Shown here one piece after another: positions 10,005-18,933 of a stretch of DNA of 60,929 bases. Each line of letters opens with the position of its first letter. Position 1 is the stretch's first letter. The DNA is from Thermoanaerobaculia bacterium (GTDB lineage Bacteria > Acidobacteriota > Thermoanaerobaculia > UBA5066 > Gp7-AA6): assembly GCA_038253555.1 (NCBI GenBank), contig JBBSGZ010000005.1, forward strand, positions 1 through 60,929, read 5' to 3'. The notes below the pieces were generated by a model, which saw only the letters and a program-made list of their open reading frames with translations, did not search any database and was not told the DNA's origin. A program made the position numbers and the translations under genes.

Positions 10005-12653
10005 GGACTTCGCGCCGGCGACGATCTTCTGAAACCTCGGGTTCCGGCGCAGCGGGTCGAAGTTGGGGTCGATCGCCAGCCACCCCGGCGAGAGGTAGTA
10101 AGGGATCTTCAAGAGCGGCTCCAGCCTGTCGAGCGCCTTCTCGGGCTCGCCGACGAGCATGTAGATCCGAACGAGCTCGTGCTGGTAGTAAGGGCCCCGC
10201 TCCCCATCCTTCTCCACCGGATCGAGGGCGACGCCACGCTCTCCCTCCCGAATGGCTTCCTCTTTTCGACCGAGGTGCGCCAGCGCGAGGCCGAGAGCGA
10301 CGTGGCGCCGCGCATTATCGGGTGTCTCGCGAAGCTGCTGCTCGAAGGCCTCCCTCGCCTGCTGCGCGTAGGCGCGTACGTTCGCCGCGTCGCGCTCGAG
10401 GGCGTACGCCTCGTTCAAGCAGCGGGCCCATGTGCCCCGGTCGTCGTCGAACGCGCTCGGCGGGAGCCGCAGGAGAAGCTCTCGCTGCTGTTGGTCGAGA
10501 ACCCAGGTGAGATCGTTGACGTTCGCCACGTAGGCCACGAGCTCGGTTGGCGCGACATCTTTGCGCACGGCATGGATCACCGCCCTGGCACCGGCGAGGT
10601 TCCCCTCGCCGAGAAACGTCATGGCCGTCTCCCCGATCAGACTCAGATTGGCGGGCGTGAGTGCGAGCCCGCGCTCGAAGGCTTCCCGCGCTTCGGGATA
10701 CCGCCGGAGACGTTGGAGCGCGAAGCCGAGAGCCGTTAAATTGGTCGCCGACCGGGGATCGATGCTCGCCGCCAGCCTCAAGTGTTCGACCGCCGCATCC
10801 CAGCGCCCGAGGCCCTCCTCGGCACGCGCCGTTCCATAAAGGAGATCGGCATTGCCGGGCGCAACGCGCCGCCCCTTCGCGTACCGCTCCAGCGCCCGGT
10901 GGAAGTCTTTGGAAACCAACCGTTCGTAGCGTCCGAAGGCCACGTGCGCCTCGGGGCTGTTCGGTGCCAGCGCGATCGCCTTTTTCGCCGCCTCCCTGGC
11001 ACGCTCCGCGAGCGCGAGCGTCGGCGTGCTGGTGAAATACAGGATCGAGTTGGCCGAGGAGACCCGCGCCCACGCCTGCGAAAAACCGGGGTCCTGCGCT
11101 ACGGCCTGCCCGTAAAAGCCCAGCGCTTTCCGAATGCTGGGGGTATCGTCACCCGTGCTATTCGTGACCTCCTCGCCTTTGAGGAAAGCGTCGTAGGCGG
11201 CGAGGTTCCGCGTGGGTCTTTCCGAGAGTCGCTCCTCCTCGCCTGTCCCGAGCGCGACGCCCAGAGCCGCAGCGACACGGGTCGCGACGTCTGACTGCAC
11301 CTGAAAGACGTCGGTCAGCGCCGCGTCGAACGGCTGCTGCCATTTCGAGGTCGGGGCGTCCCGGCGCGTCACGTCCACGAGCTCCGGGCTCACATGCACG
11401 CGGCTCGTGCCCCTGCTCTTCTCCCAGCGCACCGTGGCGGTCAGGAGATACGAGACGTTCAGCTCTTCGGCGATCTGACCGGGCGTCTTTTTCGTTTGTT
11501 TGTAGGGCGTCGAGCTGCCGCGAGCGATCACCTGAACACCCGGCAAGGAAGTCAGCTTGCCGCGAATCTCGTCCGCGATGCCGTCGGTGAAGTAGTCGTC
11601 CTCGGGCGATCCCAGGTTCTCGAAGGGCAAAACGGCCAGGCGCTTCACACCTCCGGCCTCGTCGCCGCCCCTGTGCGTCCGCCGCAGGAGCAGGGCAATC
11701 GCGAGTGCGGCGACGACGACGGCGGCGGCGGCCACGAGGACGCGCTTCTTTCCGAACGAAGGGGTCGTCGTCGCCTGAGGGCCGCTGGTGAAGCTCGGCG
11801 AGGACGAGGCAACCGAAAGAGCAAACACGATGTCCTTCGCCGACTGGAACCGGCTGCTCCGGTCCTTTTCCAGACAATGCCGGACGATCTGGTCGAGAGC
11901 GGACGAGACCTCCCGCCCCGATTCCGAAAGCTCGGGCGGCTCGTCTCGCAGGATGGCCGCCATCGTGTCGCCCGCCGTGGGCCGGCCAAACGCCCTCTCG
12001 CCCGAGAGCAGCTCGTAGAGGATCGTCCCGAAAGAAAAGATGTCGCAGCGCTGATCGGTCGGAAGGCCGCGCACCTGCTCGGGCGACAGGTAGCTCGTCA
12101 GCCCCACCACGGTTCCCGACTCCGTGTGGCCGGGGAGGGTCGGTCCGCTCGTCTGCTCGTCCGGCGAGACCGCCTCCTCCTTATTCGCGAGGCCGAAGTC
12201 GAGGATCTTCACGTGGCCGTCTCTGGTGACGAACAGGTTCTCCGGTTTCAAGTCCCGGTGGACCACACCCTTCTCATGGGCGGCGGAGAGGCCTCTGGCA
12301 ATCTGAAGGGCGTAGTCGATGGCCTGCTTCTGGGCGATGGGACCGGTGTCCAGTTTGCCGCGCAGCGTCTCGCCCTCCAGAAGCTCCATGACGGCGTAGG
12401 CGACTCCGTCCTGGTTGCCGAAGTCGTGAATCGCGAGAATGTTGGGATGAGAGAGAGCCGCGACCGCCTTCGCCTCGCGCTCGAACCGGGCCAGGCTGTC
12501 GGGATCGCCGACGACGGAGACCGGCAGAACCTTGATCGCCACGTCGCGATCGAGCTTGGAATCCCGTGCCCGGTAAACCTCTCCCGTTCCGCCAACAGAG
12601 AGCGGCGCGAGGATCTCGTAGGGGCCGAGACGGATCCCGGGGGAGAGTGTCAT
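10002..12653 (-). CDS. Ser/Thr kinase with TM, TolB-N-like and TPR domains (paralog of 6965-9634)
   Basis: Same architecture, with long near-identical stretches such as SKWQQPFDAALTDVFQVQSD; Gly-loop and P+1 loop are altered. Confidence 0.92.
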   Translation of the reverse strand: MTLSPGIRLGPYEILAPLSVGGTGEVYRARDSKLDRDVAIKVLPVSVVGDPDSLARFEREAKAVAALSHPNILAIHDFGNQDGVAYAVMELLEGETLRGKLDTGPIAQKQAIDYALQIARGLSAAHEKGVVHRDLKPENLFVTRDGHVKILDFGLANKEEAVSPDEQTSGPTLPGHTESGTVVGLTSYLSPEQVRGLPTDQRCDIFSFGTILYELLSGERAFGRPTAGDTMAAILRDEPPELSESGREVSSALDQIVRHCLEKDRSSRFQSAKDIVFALSVASSSPSFTSGPQATTTPSFGKKRVLVAAAAVVVAALAIALLLRRTHRGGDEAGGVKRLAVLPFENLGSPEDDYFTDGIADEIRGKLTSLPGVQVIARGSSTPYKQTKKTPGQIAEELNVSYLLTATVRWEKSRGTSRVHVSPELVDVTRRDAPTSKWQQPFDAALTDVFQVQSDVATRVAAALGVALGTGEEERLSERPTRNLAAYDAFLKGEEVTNSTGDDTPSIRKALGFYGQAVAQDPGFSQAWARVSSANSILYFTSTPTLALAERAREAAKKAIALAPNSPEAHVAFGRYERLVSKDFHRALERYAKGRRVAPGNADLLYGTARAEEGLGRWDAAVEHLRLAASIDPRSATNLTALGFALQRLRRYPEAREAFERGLALTPANLSLIGETAMTFLGEGNLAGARAVIHAVRKDVAPTELVAYVANVNDLTWVLDQQQRELLLRLPPSAFDDDRGTWARCLNEAYALERDAANVRAYAQQAREAFEQQLRETPDNARRHVALGLALAHLGRKEEAIREGERGVALDPVEKDGERGPYYQHELVRIYMLVGEPEKALDRLEPLLKIPYYLSPGWLAIDPNFDPLRRNPRFQKIVAGAKS

Positions 12654-12724
12654 CGGATGACGGCGCGAGGATTCTAGCTCCGACCTCGGTCATCGCCCTC
12701 AGGCGAAATCCTCCACCTCCAATG

Positions 12725-12773
12725 TGTCCACCATGTCCCTGAACACCTGTCCACCATCTGTCCGGGCTGAACA
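12725..12773 (+). mobile_element. IS481-like terminal remnant
   Basis: TGTCCACCAT occurs at 12725 and 12748, and the segment ends ...GGGCTGAACA. This resembles the tandem binding sites and ACA end of IS481-family elements. No transposase is present. Confidence 0.5.
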
Positions 12774-12887
12774 CTCTCGCCGGAAGAGGGAGCTGACGTG
12801 TCTTCTGCCCCTCGGGGAGCTGCACTGCGGCTGGATGCTCCCGACCCGATGGGTTCAATCCACGCGAGTCGCGCGAGTCCGCGAGAC

Positions 12888-13148
12888 GGGTCAGGCGTGC
12901 AAACCTGCAACTTCCGGACGGGACCGATCATCCTCTGACATTCGTCGACCCGCCTCGCGACCGCCTGGATTCATGCGGGATGCAGCCTTTGTTGAGTTTG
13001 CGCGGCTCTTCCGGCGAGAACGGTCCGGCCTCCTTCACGAAATACTCTCTTGAAGCGCCGAATGGCGGACGATCAGGGAGAGCGCCATAAGGGTGGCTGC
13101 AGTCGAGCATGCCTCCGTGAAGCTGCAGACTTGCACGCCTGACACCCC
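12888..13148 (+). mobile_element. ~260-bp TIR element, copy 1 (MITE related to RAYT/Y1-type elements)
   Basis: Left end GGGTCAGGCGTGCAAACCTGCAACTTC; right end GAAGCTGCAGACTTGCACGCCTGACACCCC; interior highly similar to 14239-14498 and in part to 15880-16042. Confidence 0.8.
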
Positions 13149-13158
13149 TCTCTTGCAG

Positions 13159-13314
13159 TTACGCGCGTTTCCATGAGCGCGCCGTATCCGGGGTCAGCCG
13201 CCAGCCGAACGCCTGCGCCCGGCCGAAGAACATGAGGAACACGAAGGCCACGGCGATCGACGTCGCGACGAGGGCTTCGCGCACGTGCTCCCGCCGGAAG
13301 AAACCACGGCTCAT
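13159..13314 (-). CDS. possible 51-aa membrane peptide
   Basis: MSRGFFRREHVREALVATSIAVAFVFLMFFGRAQAFGWRLTPDTARSWKRA; one hydrophobic stretch; below the ORF-track size cutoff. Confidence 0.3.
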   Translation of the reverse strand: MSRGFFRREHVREALVATSIAVAFVFLMFFGRAQAFGWRLTPDTARSWKRA

Positions 13315-13428
13315 CCTAGAGGTAAACGATCGCAGGGATGTGGGCTCCCCCTCACCCTGCCCCGCCGGGAGAGGGGGGCTACTCCGCCAGGGCGGGCTCG
13401 GCGGCGACCCACGTGCCCTCGACCGCAG

Positions 13429-13899
13429 TTACTGTGTCGTTTGAGACGTGCCCATCCCTCCCGTGATCGGCGACCAGTGCGAGGAACGGATCTTCCACTT
13501 GCCCGCTTCCTTGACGAAGACCTGACTGACCCTCGTCATGTAGTGGCTCACCGCCGCGGACCCTTTGGGCTTCATCGAACCTTCCGTGTAGTAATGCGCC
13601 ACGGCGGCCTGACCCTCCACGAGTGTGATGACCCGGATGTTCTTGGGCTGGATGGAGATCGCCTCGTACTCATCCGGCCGGCCCGTGGGCGCGATCTCCT
13701 GCAGCAGGCCTCCGCTCGACCAGAATTCCACGGCGCCCTTTGACGAGTAGTTGTCCGGGTTACTTTTCAGGTTCTTGTTGGAGAACGCATTCGAGGCGAC
13801 GATCGTCTCAGTGACCTCTTTCTCTGTCGGGGACTGGGCAAGGGCATAGCTCGATCCCAACGTCAGGGCCGCAATCGCGAGGAGGACGGTGTTCTTCAT
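13429..13899 (-). CDS. secreted NTF2-like (DUF4440/SnoaL-type) protein
   Basis: Signal peptide MKNTVLLAIAALTLGSSYALAQ with GGAGG upstream; C-terminal TRVSQVFVKEAGKWKIRSSHWS is typical of NTF2-like folds. Confidence 0.75.
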   Translation of the reverse strand: MKNTVLLAIAALTLGSSYALAQSPTEKEVTETIVASNAFSNKNLKSNPDNYSSKGAVEFWSSGGLLQEIAPTGRPDEYEAISIQPKNIRVITLVEGQAAVAHYYTEGSMKPKGSAAVSHYMTRVSQVFVKEAGKWKIRSSHWSPITGGMGTSQTTQ

Positions 13900-14216
13900 G
13901 CCTCTCAACCTCCGTTTCTACGTAAACGAATCAACTAATTCCAACCTCTTCTTCGTTTTCTCGTCGGGATCCTAGCAGAGCGGGAATTGGGGTCACTGCA
14001 GAAATTTTGATTTTCGCCTCGCGCCCCTCAAAACGGGAGCGTGCACGGTCAGGGTCGACCGGCCGGGCAGGGGCTCGACTGGCAATCGCGCCCGGATCGC
14101 ATCGGGGCGATCCTGACAAGGAGGAGTGCCGCGGCGGCGACCAGGAAAAACGCGAGGTCCTTTCCAACCGCTACGTCTGCAGAGTCTCTGAGCGGCGCGA
14201 ATCGGGTGCGCGAGTC

Positions 14217-14527
14217 GGGTGTCAGGCGTGCGCGAGTCGGGTGTCAGGCGTGCAAACCTGCAACTTCCGGACGGGATCGATCATCCCCTGACATTCGTTG
14301 ACCCGCCTCGCGACAACCTGGATTCATGCGGGATGCAGCCTCTGTTGAGTTTGCGGCTCTTCCGGCGAGAACGGTCCGGCCTCCTTCACGGAATACTTCT
14401 CTTGGAGCGCCGAACGGCGGACGATTCGGGAGAGCGCCATAAGGTGGCTATAGTCGAGCATGCTCCGTGAAGCTGCAGACTTGCACGCCTGACACCCCTC
14501 TCGCAGACTTGCACGCCTGATGCCCCT
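14217..14527 (+). mobile_element. ~260-bp TIR element, copy 2, with duplicated ends
   Basis: Core at 14239-14498; GCGCGAGTCGGGTGTCAGGCGT is tandemly repeated at the left and GCAGACTTGCACGCCTGA repeated at the right. Confidence 0.8.
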
Positions 14528-14708
14528 CCCGGAGACGGCGATCCTCCTCGGTGCGGTGATCGAGTACCAGATCTGCGAGGTGGCGGATCGAAACGTAGGT
14601 GTCGTCGCGAAGGTGCGGAAGAAGTATCTGCCGGCCGGAGAGGGGACGGCGAAGTAGCAGCCGCTCCGGGCGCCCAATCCCGGAGTCTCAACCCGGGCCG
14701 TCGTCGCG

Positions 14709-15521
14709 TTAGCGGAACGATCTGCGCAGGACGAGAAGCGCCGTTCCGGCGAGCAGGATCACCAGGATTCCCAACCCCGCGAAATCGAGCGTCGGAATCG
14801 GCGCGGGAGGAACGGGCGCCGACGCCGGACAGCCGGATGCCGAGGCATCGACGACGTTGCTGTCCAGCGTGACGGCGCCGTTCTGAGCGAGGGCCCGGCC
14901 GCTGACGACGGCGCCCGTATTGAGCGTGACGCTGGCGACGGCGAGGACGTTCCCGACGAAAGTCGTCGTCGATCCGAGCGTCGCGGAGCTGCCGACGGCC
15001 CAGAACACGTTGCAGTTGAGGCCGCCATTGATCACACGGACAAGCGAGCCGCTCGCGGTCGTGATCGTGCTGCCGATCTGGAAGATGAATACCGCGTTGG
15101 GGTTGTTCTGGGCGTCGAGAGTCAGCGTTCCCGTCAGCTGCGCGGACGAGGAAAAACAATACGTGCCGGGGGCCAGCGTCAAGCCGCCCAGATTCTGGCC
15201 CGTGAGGGACGCGCCGCAGGGCAGACCCGCCAGAAAGGTGTAAGCGGCCGCCGAGTCGGACTGTGCCTGCAGAGCGGTCGGGTCGGCGGTGTGGATGCTC
15301 CCGTTGACGACGATCCCGGGAGGGAAACCGGTGACCGCGCTTCCCGGGGCGACGCCGAGATTCCCCTTGAGGACGGTCGGCCCGGTATTCGTCACCGTCG
15401 ACGATCCCAGGACGGCGAAGCTCGAGGCGGTGCCGAGCGATGGCTGCGCAAATGAGGGCGAGCTCCCCAGAAGAAGCGTGACCAATCCGACGCCCCCGGA
15501 GAGAACGAGAGACCTGCGCAT
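14709..15521 (-). CDS. DUF3494 ice-binding-like protein with IPTL-CTERM-type sorting tail
   Basis: Signal peptide; LGTASSFAVLGSSTVTNTG, TLAPGTYCF, LTLDAQNNPNAVFIFQIGS, NVFWAVGSSATLG, GRALAQNGAVTLD; ends PIPTLDFAGLGILVILLAGTALLVLRRSFR. Confidence 0.9.
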   Translation of the reverse strand: MRRSLVLSGGVGLVTLLLGSSPSFAQPSLGTASSFAVLGSSTVTNTGPTVLKGNLGVAPGSAVTGFPPGIVVNGSIHTADPTALQAQSDSAAAYTFLAGLPCGASLTGQNLGGLTLAPGTYCFSSSAQLTGTLTLDAQNNPNAVFIFQIGSTITTASGSLVRVINGGLNCNVFWAVGSSATLGSTTTFVGNVLAVASVTLNTGAVVSGRALAQNGAVTLDSNVVDASASGCPASAPVPPAPIPTLDFAGLGILVILLAGTALLVLRRSFR

Positions 15522-15601
15522 GGGTTTTCCTTTCGCCGATCGCGGGACGTGCTGTACGTCATGGTACATCCACCCGGCCGAAGGGCCGTTTTTCAAGGGA
15601 A

Positions 15602-16042
15602 TTGCCAAGTAGCGGCGCGAGCCCGCCGATCCGATCTCCGAGCGGCTCCCTGCCATCGAAGGGGTCGTCAAAGGAGGAGGAGTTCGCCCGGCGCCATCTC
15701 GGAAAACCCCGGCGGGTCGATGGGCCTCGGATGGGGTGGACTGCCGAGAGGGTCGGCCGATGCGTCGCAGAGCTCTCGGACGTTCGGTTCGAGGACCTCA
15801 GGAAGGCGGATCAGAGACGTTCCCAGTCGAAGACGCGGATCGTTGCTGCTTACCTGGGCCGTGCGCTCTTTGCGATTCCGGTTGCCGAGTTTGCGCGACT
15901 CTTCGGTCGAGAACAGTCGGGCCTCCTTCACGGAGTACTTTCCTTAGAGCGGCGAATGGCGAAGGATCAGGGGGAGCGCGATAAGGTGGGTGTGGTCGAG
16001 CAGGCCATCCGTGAAGCTGCAGGCTTGCACGCCTGACACCCC
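15602..16042 (+). pseudogene. 3' remnant of a transposase with a DnaA-C-like HTH, plus right TIR (copy 3)
   Basis: ERVGRCVAELSDVRFEDLRKADQRRSQSKTRIVAAYLGRALFAIPVAEFARLFGREQSGLLHGV resembles the DnaA C-terminal HTH; the stop codon lies inside GCACGCCTGACACCCC. Confidence 0.65.
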
Positions 16043-16207
16043 TCTCTAGTAAGGGACCCTCCGGTCCGCAGGAACGCATGGGCGGGCGACGCGCATACGT
16101 CCTCCTGGTTGTCGAATCAGCGAGTACGGCCGCAGCAGTGTAGCAGCCGGTTTGTGCAGAAGCTGTACGGGACCGGGGCGCGGGCGGAAGCGCGGAGGAG
16201 GCGTCTC

Positions 16208-18040
16208 CTAGAGGACGGTCTCCCGGAGGACTTCTTCCAGGGTCGTCATCCCGTCGCGGATCTTCTGGAGGCCCGCCATGCGGAGGCTGACCATCCCTTC
16301 CTCGATTGCCTTGCGCTTCAACTCGATCGAGGAGGCGCCGGACAGGATCATGTCGCGGATCTCGTCGGTGAAGCTCAAGACCTCGTAGAGACCGGAGCGG
16401 CCCTTGTAACCGCCGTTGTTGCACCGCTCGCAGCCGCGGCCGCGCTTGATCTTCAGGCTCTTGACCTCGTCGGGCGCGAACCCGACCTGGATCAGCATCT
16501 GCGGCGGTGTCTCGACTTCTTCAACGCAATTCGTGCAGATCCGCCGGACCAGCCGCTGCGCGCAGATGGAGTTGATGGACGTGGCGACCAAGAAGGGCTC
16601 GATGCCCATGTTCATCAGGCGGTTGATGGTCGACGGGGCGTCGTTGGTGTGCAGGGTCGAGAGGACGAGGTGCCCCGTCAGAGCGGCCTTCACGGCGATC
16701 TCCGCGGTTTCGAAGTCCCGGATCTCGCCGACCAAAATGATGTCCGGGTCCTGGCGGAGGAAGGAGCGGAGCGCCGACGCGAACGTCAGGCCGATCTGCT
16801 CCTTCATCTGGACCTGATTGATGCCGGCCAGGTTGAACTCGATGGGGTCCTCCGCCGTCATGATGTTGACGGTCGGATCGTTCAACGCCGCGATCGCCGA
16901 ATAGAGGGTGTTGGTCTTGCCGGATCCCGTGGGCCCGGTCACGAGGACGATGCCGTAGGGGCGGTCGATGGCGTCCTTGAAGCGCCGCAGCGGCTCCGGG
17001 TCGAAGCCGAGCATCGTCATGTCGAGCTGCAGCTTCGTCTTGTCGAGCAGCCGCATGACGACCTTTTCGCCGAACTGGGCGGGGACGGTTGAAACGCGCA
17101 GGTCGAGGTCGCGGGAGCGCTCCTCGACGCGCAGGCGGATCTTGATCCGACCGTCCTGCGGCAGCCGCTTCTCGGAAATGTCGAGCTTCGCCATGATCTT
17201 CAGGCGCGAGATCAGGGGATCCCGCGTCCGCATGGGAAGCGCCATGATGTTGTGCAGGACGCCGTCGACCCGGAACCGCACGCGGAATTCCTTCTCGTAA
17301 GGCTCCACGTGAATGTCGGAGGCGCCGGCCTTCAACGCCTCGATCAGAATCAGGTTCGAGACCTTGATGATGGGAGCGGATTCTGTCGACTTGGCGAGGT
17401 CGCCCAGATCGATCTCCTGCCCCTCGTCCTTGACGACGTCCACGTCGGCGCCCTCGTCGAGCCCCGTGATCTCGTCCATGTTGATCTCGCCGAGCCCGAC
17501 TCCGGCCATGTCGTCGGCGGTCAGGGCGGAGGTCTGCATGACGTCGTCGAGGTTCTGGCCCGTAGCAAAAGCGCTCGAGCTCGGCTTTGCCTTTTCCTTC
17601 AGCACGACGGACCGCGGGGTGCCGTAATGCTTTTCGATCGCCTTGCGGAGGGCGACCTCCGAGGCGACGACGGGCTCGACGTTGTACCCCGTCATGAACT
17701 TGATGTCGTCCATGGCGAAGACATTCGTGGGGTCGCCCATGGCGATCGTCAGCGTCGCGCCGGTCTTGTTCACCGGAAGAACGCCGTACTTGCGGGCGAC
17801 CTCGGCGGGGACCACTTTGATCACGTTCGGGTCGATCTCGAAGCTCGCGAGATCGATCGACGGGACCCCGAACTGCTGCGAGAGAGTCTCCGTGATCTGA
17901 TTTTCGGTGACCGCTCCCACGCGGACGAGGGCTTCGCCCAGCTTGCCGCCCTCTTCCCGCTGGGACTTCAGGGCCGCTTCGAGCTGCTCCGCAGAGATCA
18001 GCTTCGCTTTGAGTAGGAGATCCCCGAGTTTGACTGTCAT
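16208..18040 (-). CDS. pilB: type IV pilus assembly ATPase PilB
   Basis: MshEN-like KLGDLLL/KLGEALV; ASDIHVEP; GPTGSGKT; LRQDPD; TLHTND; CxxC pairs. Confidence 0.93.
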   Translation of the reverse strand: MTVKLGDLLLKAKLISAEQLEAALKSQREEGGKLGEALVRVGAVTENQITETLSQQFGVPSIDLASFEIDPNVIKVVPAEVARKYGVLPVNKTGATLTIAMGDPTNVFAMDDIKFMTGYNVEPVVASEVALRKAIEKHYGTPRSVVLKEKAKPSSSAFATGQNLDDVMQTSALTADDMAGVGLGEINMDEITGLDEGADVDVVKDEGQEIDLGDLAKSTESAPIIKVSNLILIEALKAGASDIHVEPYEKEFRVRFRVDGVLHNIMALPMRTRDPLISRLKIMAKLDISEKRLPQDGRIKIRLRVEERSRDLDLRVSTVPAQFGEKVVMRLLDKTKLQLDMTMLGFDPEPLRRFKDAIDRPYGIVLVTGPTGSGKTNTLYSAIAALNDPTVNIMTAEDPIEFNLAGINQVQMKEQIGLTFASALRSFLRQDPDIILVGEIRDFETAEIAVKAALTGHLVLSTLHTNDAPSTINRLMNMGIEPFLVATSINSICAQRLVRRICTNCVEEVETPPQMLIQVGFAPDEVKSLKIKRGRGCERCNNGGYKGRSGLYEVLSFTDEIRDMILSGASSIELKRKAIEEGMVSLRMAGLQKIRDGMTTLEEVLRETVL

Positions 18041-18162
18041 GTGAAGAACGCGACGATCGTAAGTCCTTCAGCCTCAGGAGTCAAAGAGTTCTCAGCCGCC
18101 GGTCTCCGGTCCCGGGTTCGGATGGCGGAGCGAACGGAAAGTCGAAGACCGGAAACCGGGGG

Positions 18163-18867
18163 CTATTTTTCGATCGCCCGGAGTCGGCCGATGAGCGTTC
18201 CGACTTTGAGCTTGGAACGGATCTGCACCGGAATGCGCCGTTCGTCGTCTGTCAGCCAGAGCACGAGGTTCTTTCCTTTTCCGATGAGGCTTCCACCGGA
18301 GCTCTTCGGCTCGACGCGGATCGTCGAGAAGGTGCCGGCCGGCGTCGTCACGCGCTCCCGTCCCAGGATCTCGACCCGGAGTGTGTGCGTCTCCCCCGAA
18401 AAGACCTGGAGCTCGGGAGCGGGCTCCTTTTCCAAAGAGAGTGTCCGCAGGAAATACACGGAGGAGAGCGTGTCGAGCGTCGCTTCCTTCAGCGGGATGG
18501 ATTTGCCCTCGTGGCGCGCGACTCCCGCCTCGTAATCGAACTCGGTCAGCTCGTCGCGCACTCGCTTGCCTTCGACCGTGTGCTTCTCGAAACGCATCGA
18601 GTGAAACGTTCGAGGATCGACCCACGACACCATGTAGTCGCGGACCAGGAACAATTTGGAAAGAAAATCGTTCGACACGGCGGAGAGCTCAAATTTCCAC
18701 GCCGCTCGCCCCGCGAGCTCGGTGGCCTGCGCGGAAAGCGTCAGTTCCCCGCCGGCGACGCCGAGAATGGTCATGGCGTATCGGAGCGTCTCGCCCATGA
18801 AAATCGGCGCCGGGGGCTTTTCCTGAGCGAAGGTCGGCGCGCGCGTCGCGAGAAGGAGCGCGCACAC
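18163..18867 (-). CDS. DUF3108 family protein
   Basis: GETLRY...; GRERVTTPAGTFSTIRVEP; LWLTDDERRIPVQIRSKLKVG. Confidence 0.75.
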   Translation of the reverse strand: MCALLLATRAPTFAQEKPPAPIFMGETLRYAMTILGVAGGELTLSAQATELAGRAAWKFELSAVSNDFLSKLFLVRDYMVSWVDPRTFHSMRFEKHTVEGKRVRDELTEFDYEAGVARHEGKSIPLKEATLDTLSSVYFLRTLSLEKEPAPELQVFSGETHTLRVEILGRERVTTPAGTFSTIRVEPKSSGGSLIGKGKNLVLWLTDDERRIPVQIRSKLKVGTLIGRLRAIEK

Positions 18868-18933
18868 CAGGAATCGATACCGCTTGAGTGTCTGAAAAGC
18901 CAGCCGAACCGCCTCTGTTCCGCCGGGTGCCCG

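Noticed and set aside
13345-13380. CCCTCACCCTGCCCC...GGGAGAGGG REP-like hairpin
   Set aside because: Single degenerate copy in this window; cannot be told apart from a terminator remnant.
14520-14657. 45-codon ORF next to TIR copy 2
   Set aside because: Its ATG comes from the repeat end and no family is recognisable; probably a gene fragment.
15602-16036. dnaA gene or replication origin
   Set aside because: Only an HTH-like fragment ending in a TIR; no AAA+ domain, DnaA-box cluster or dnaN.
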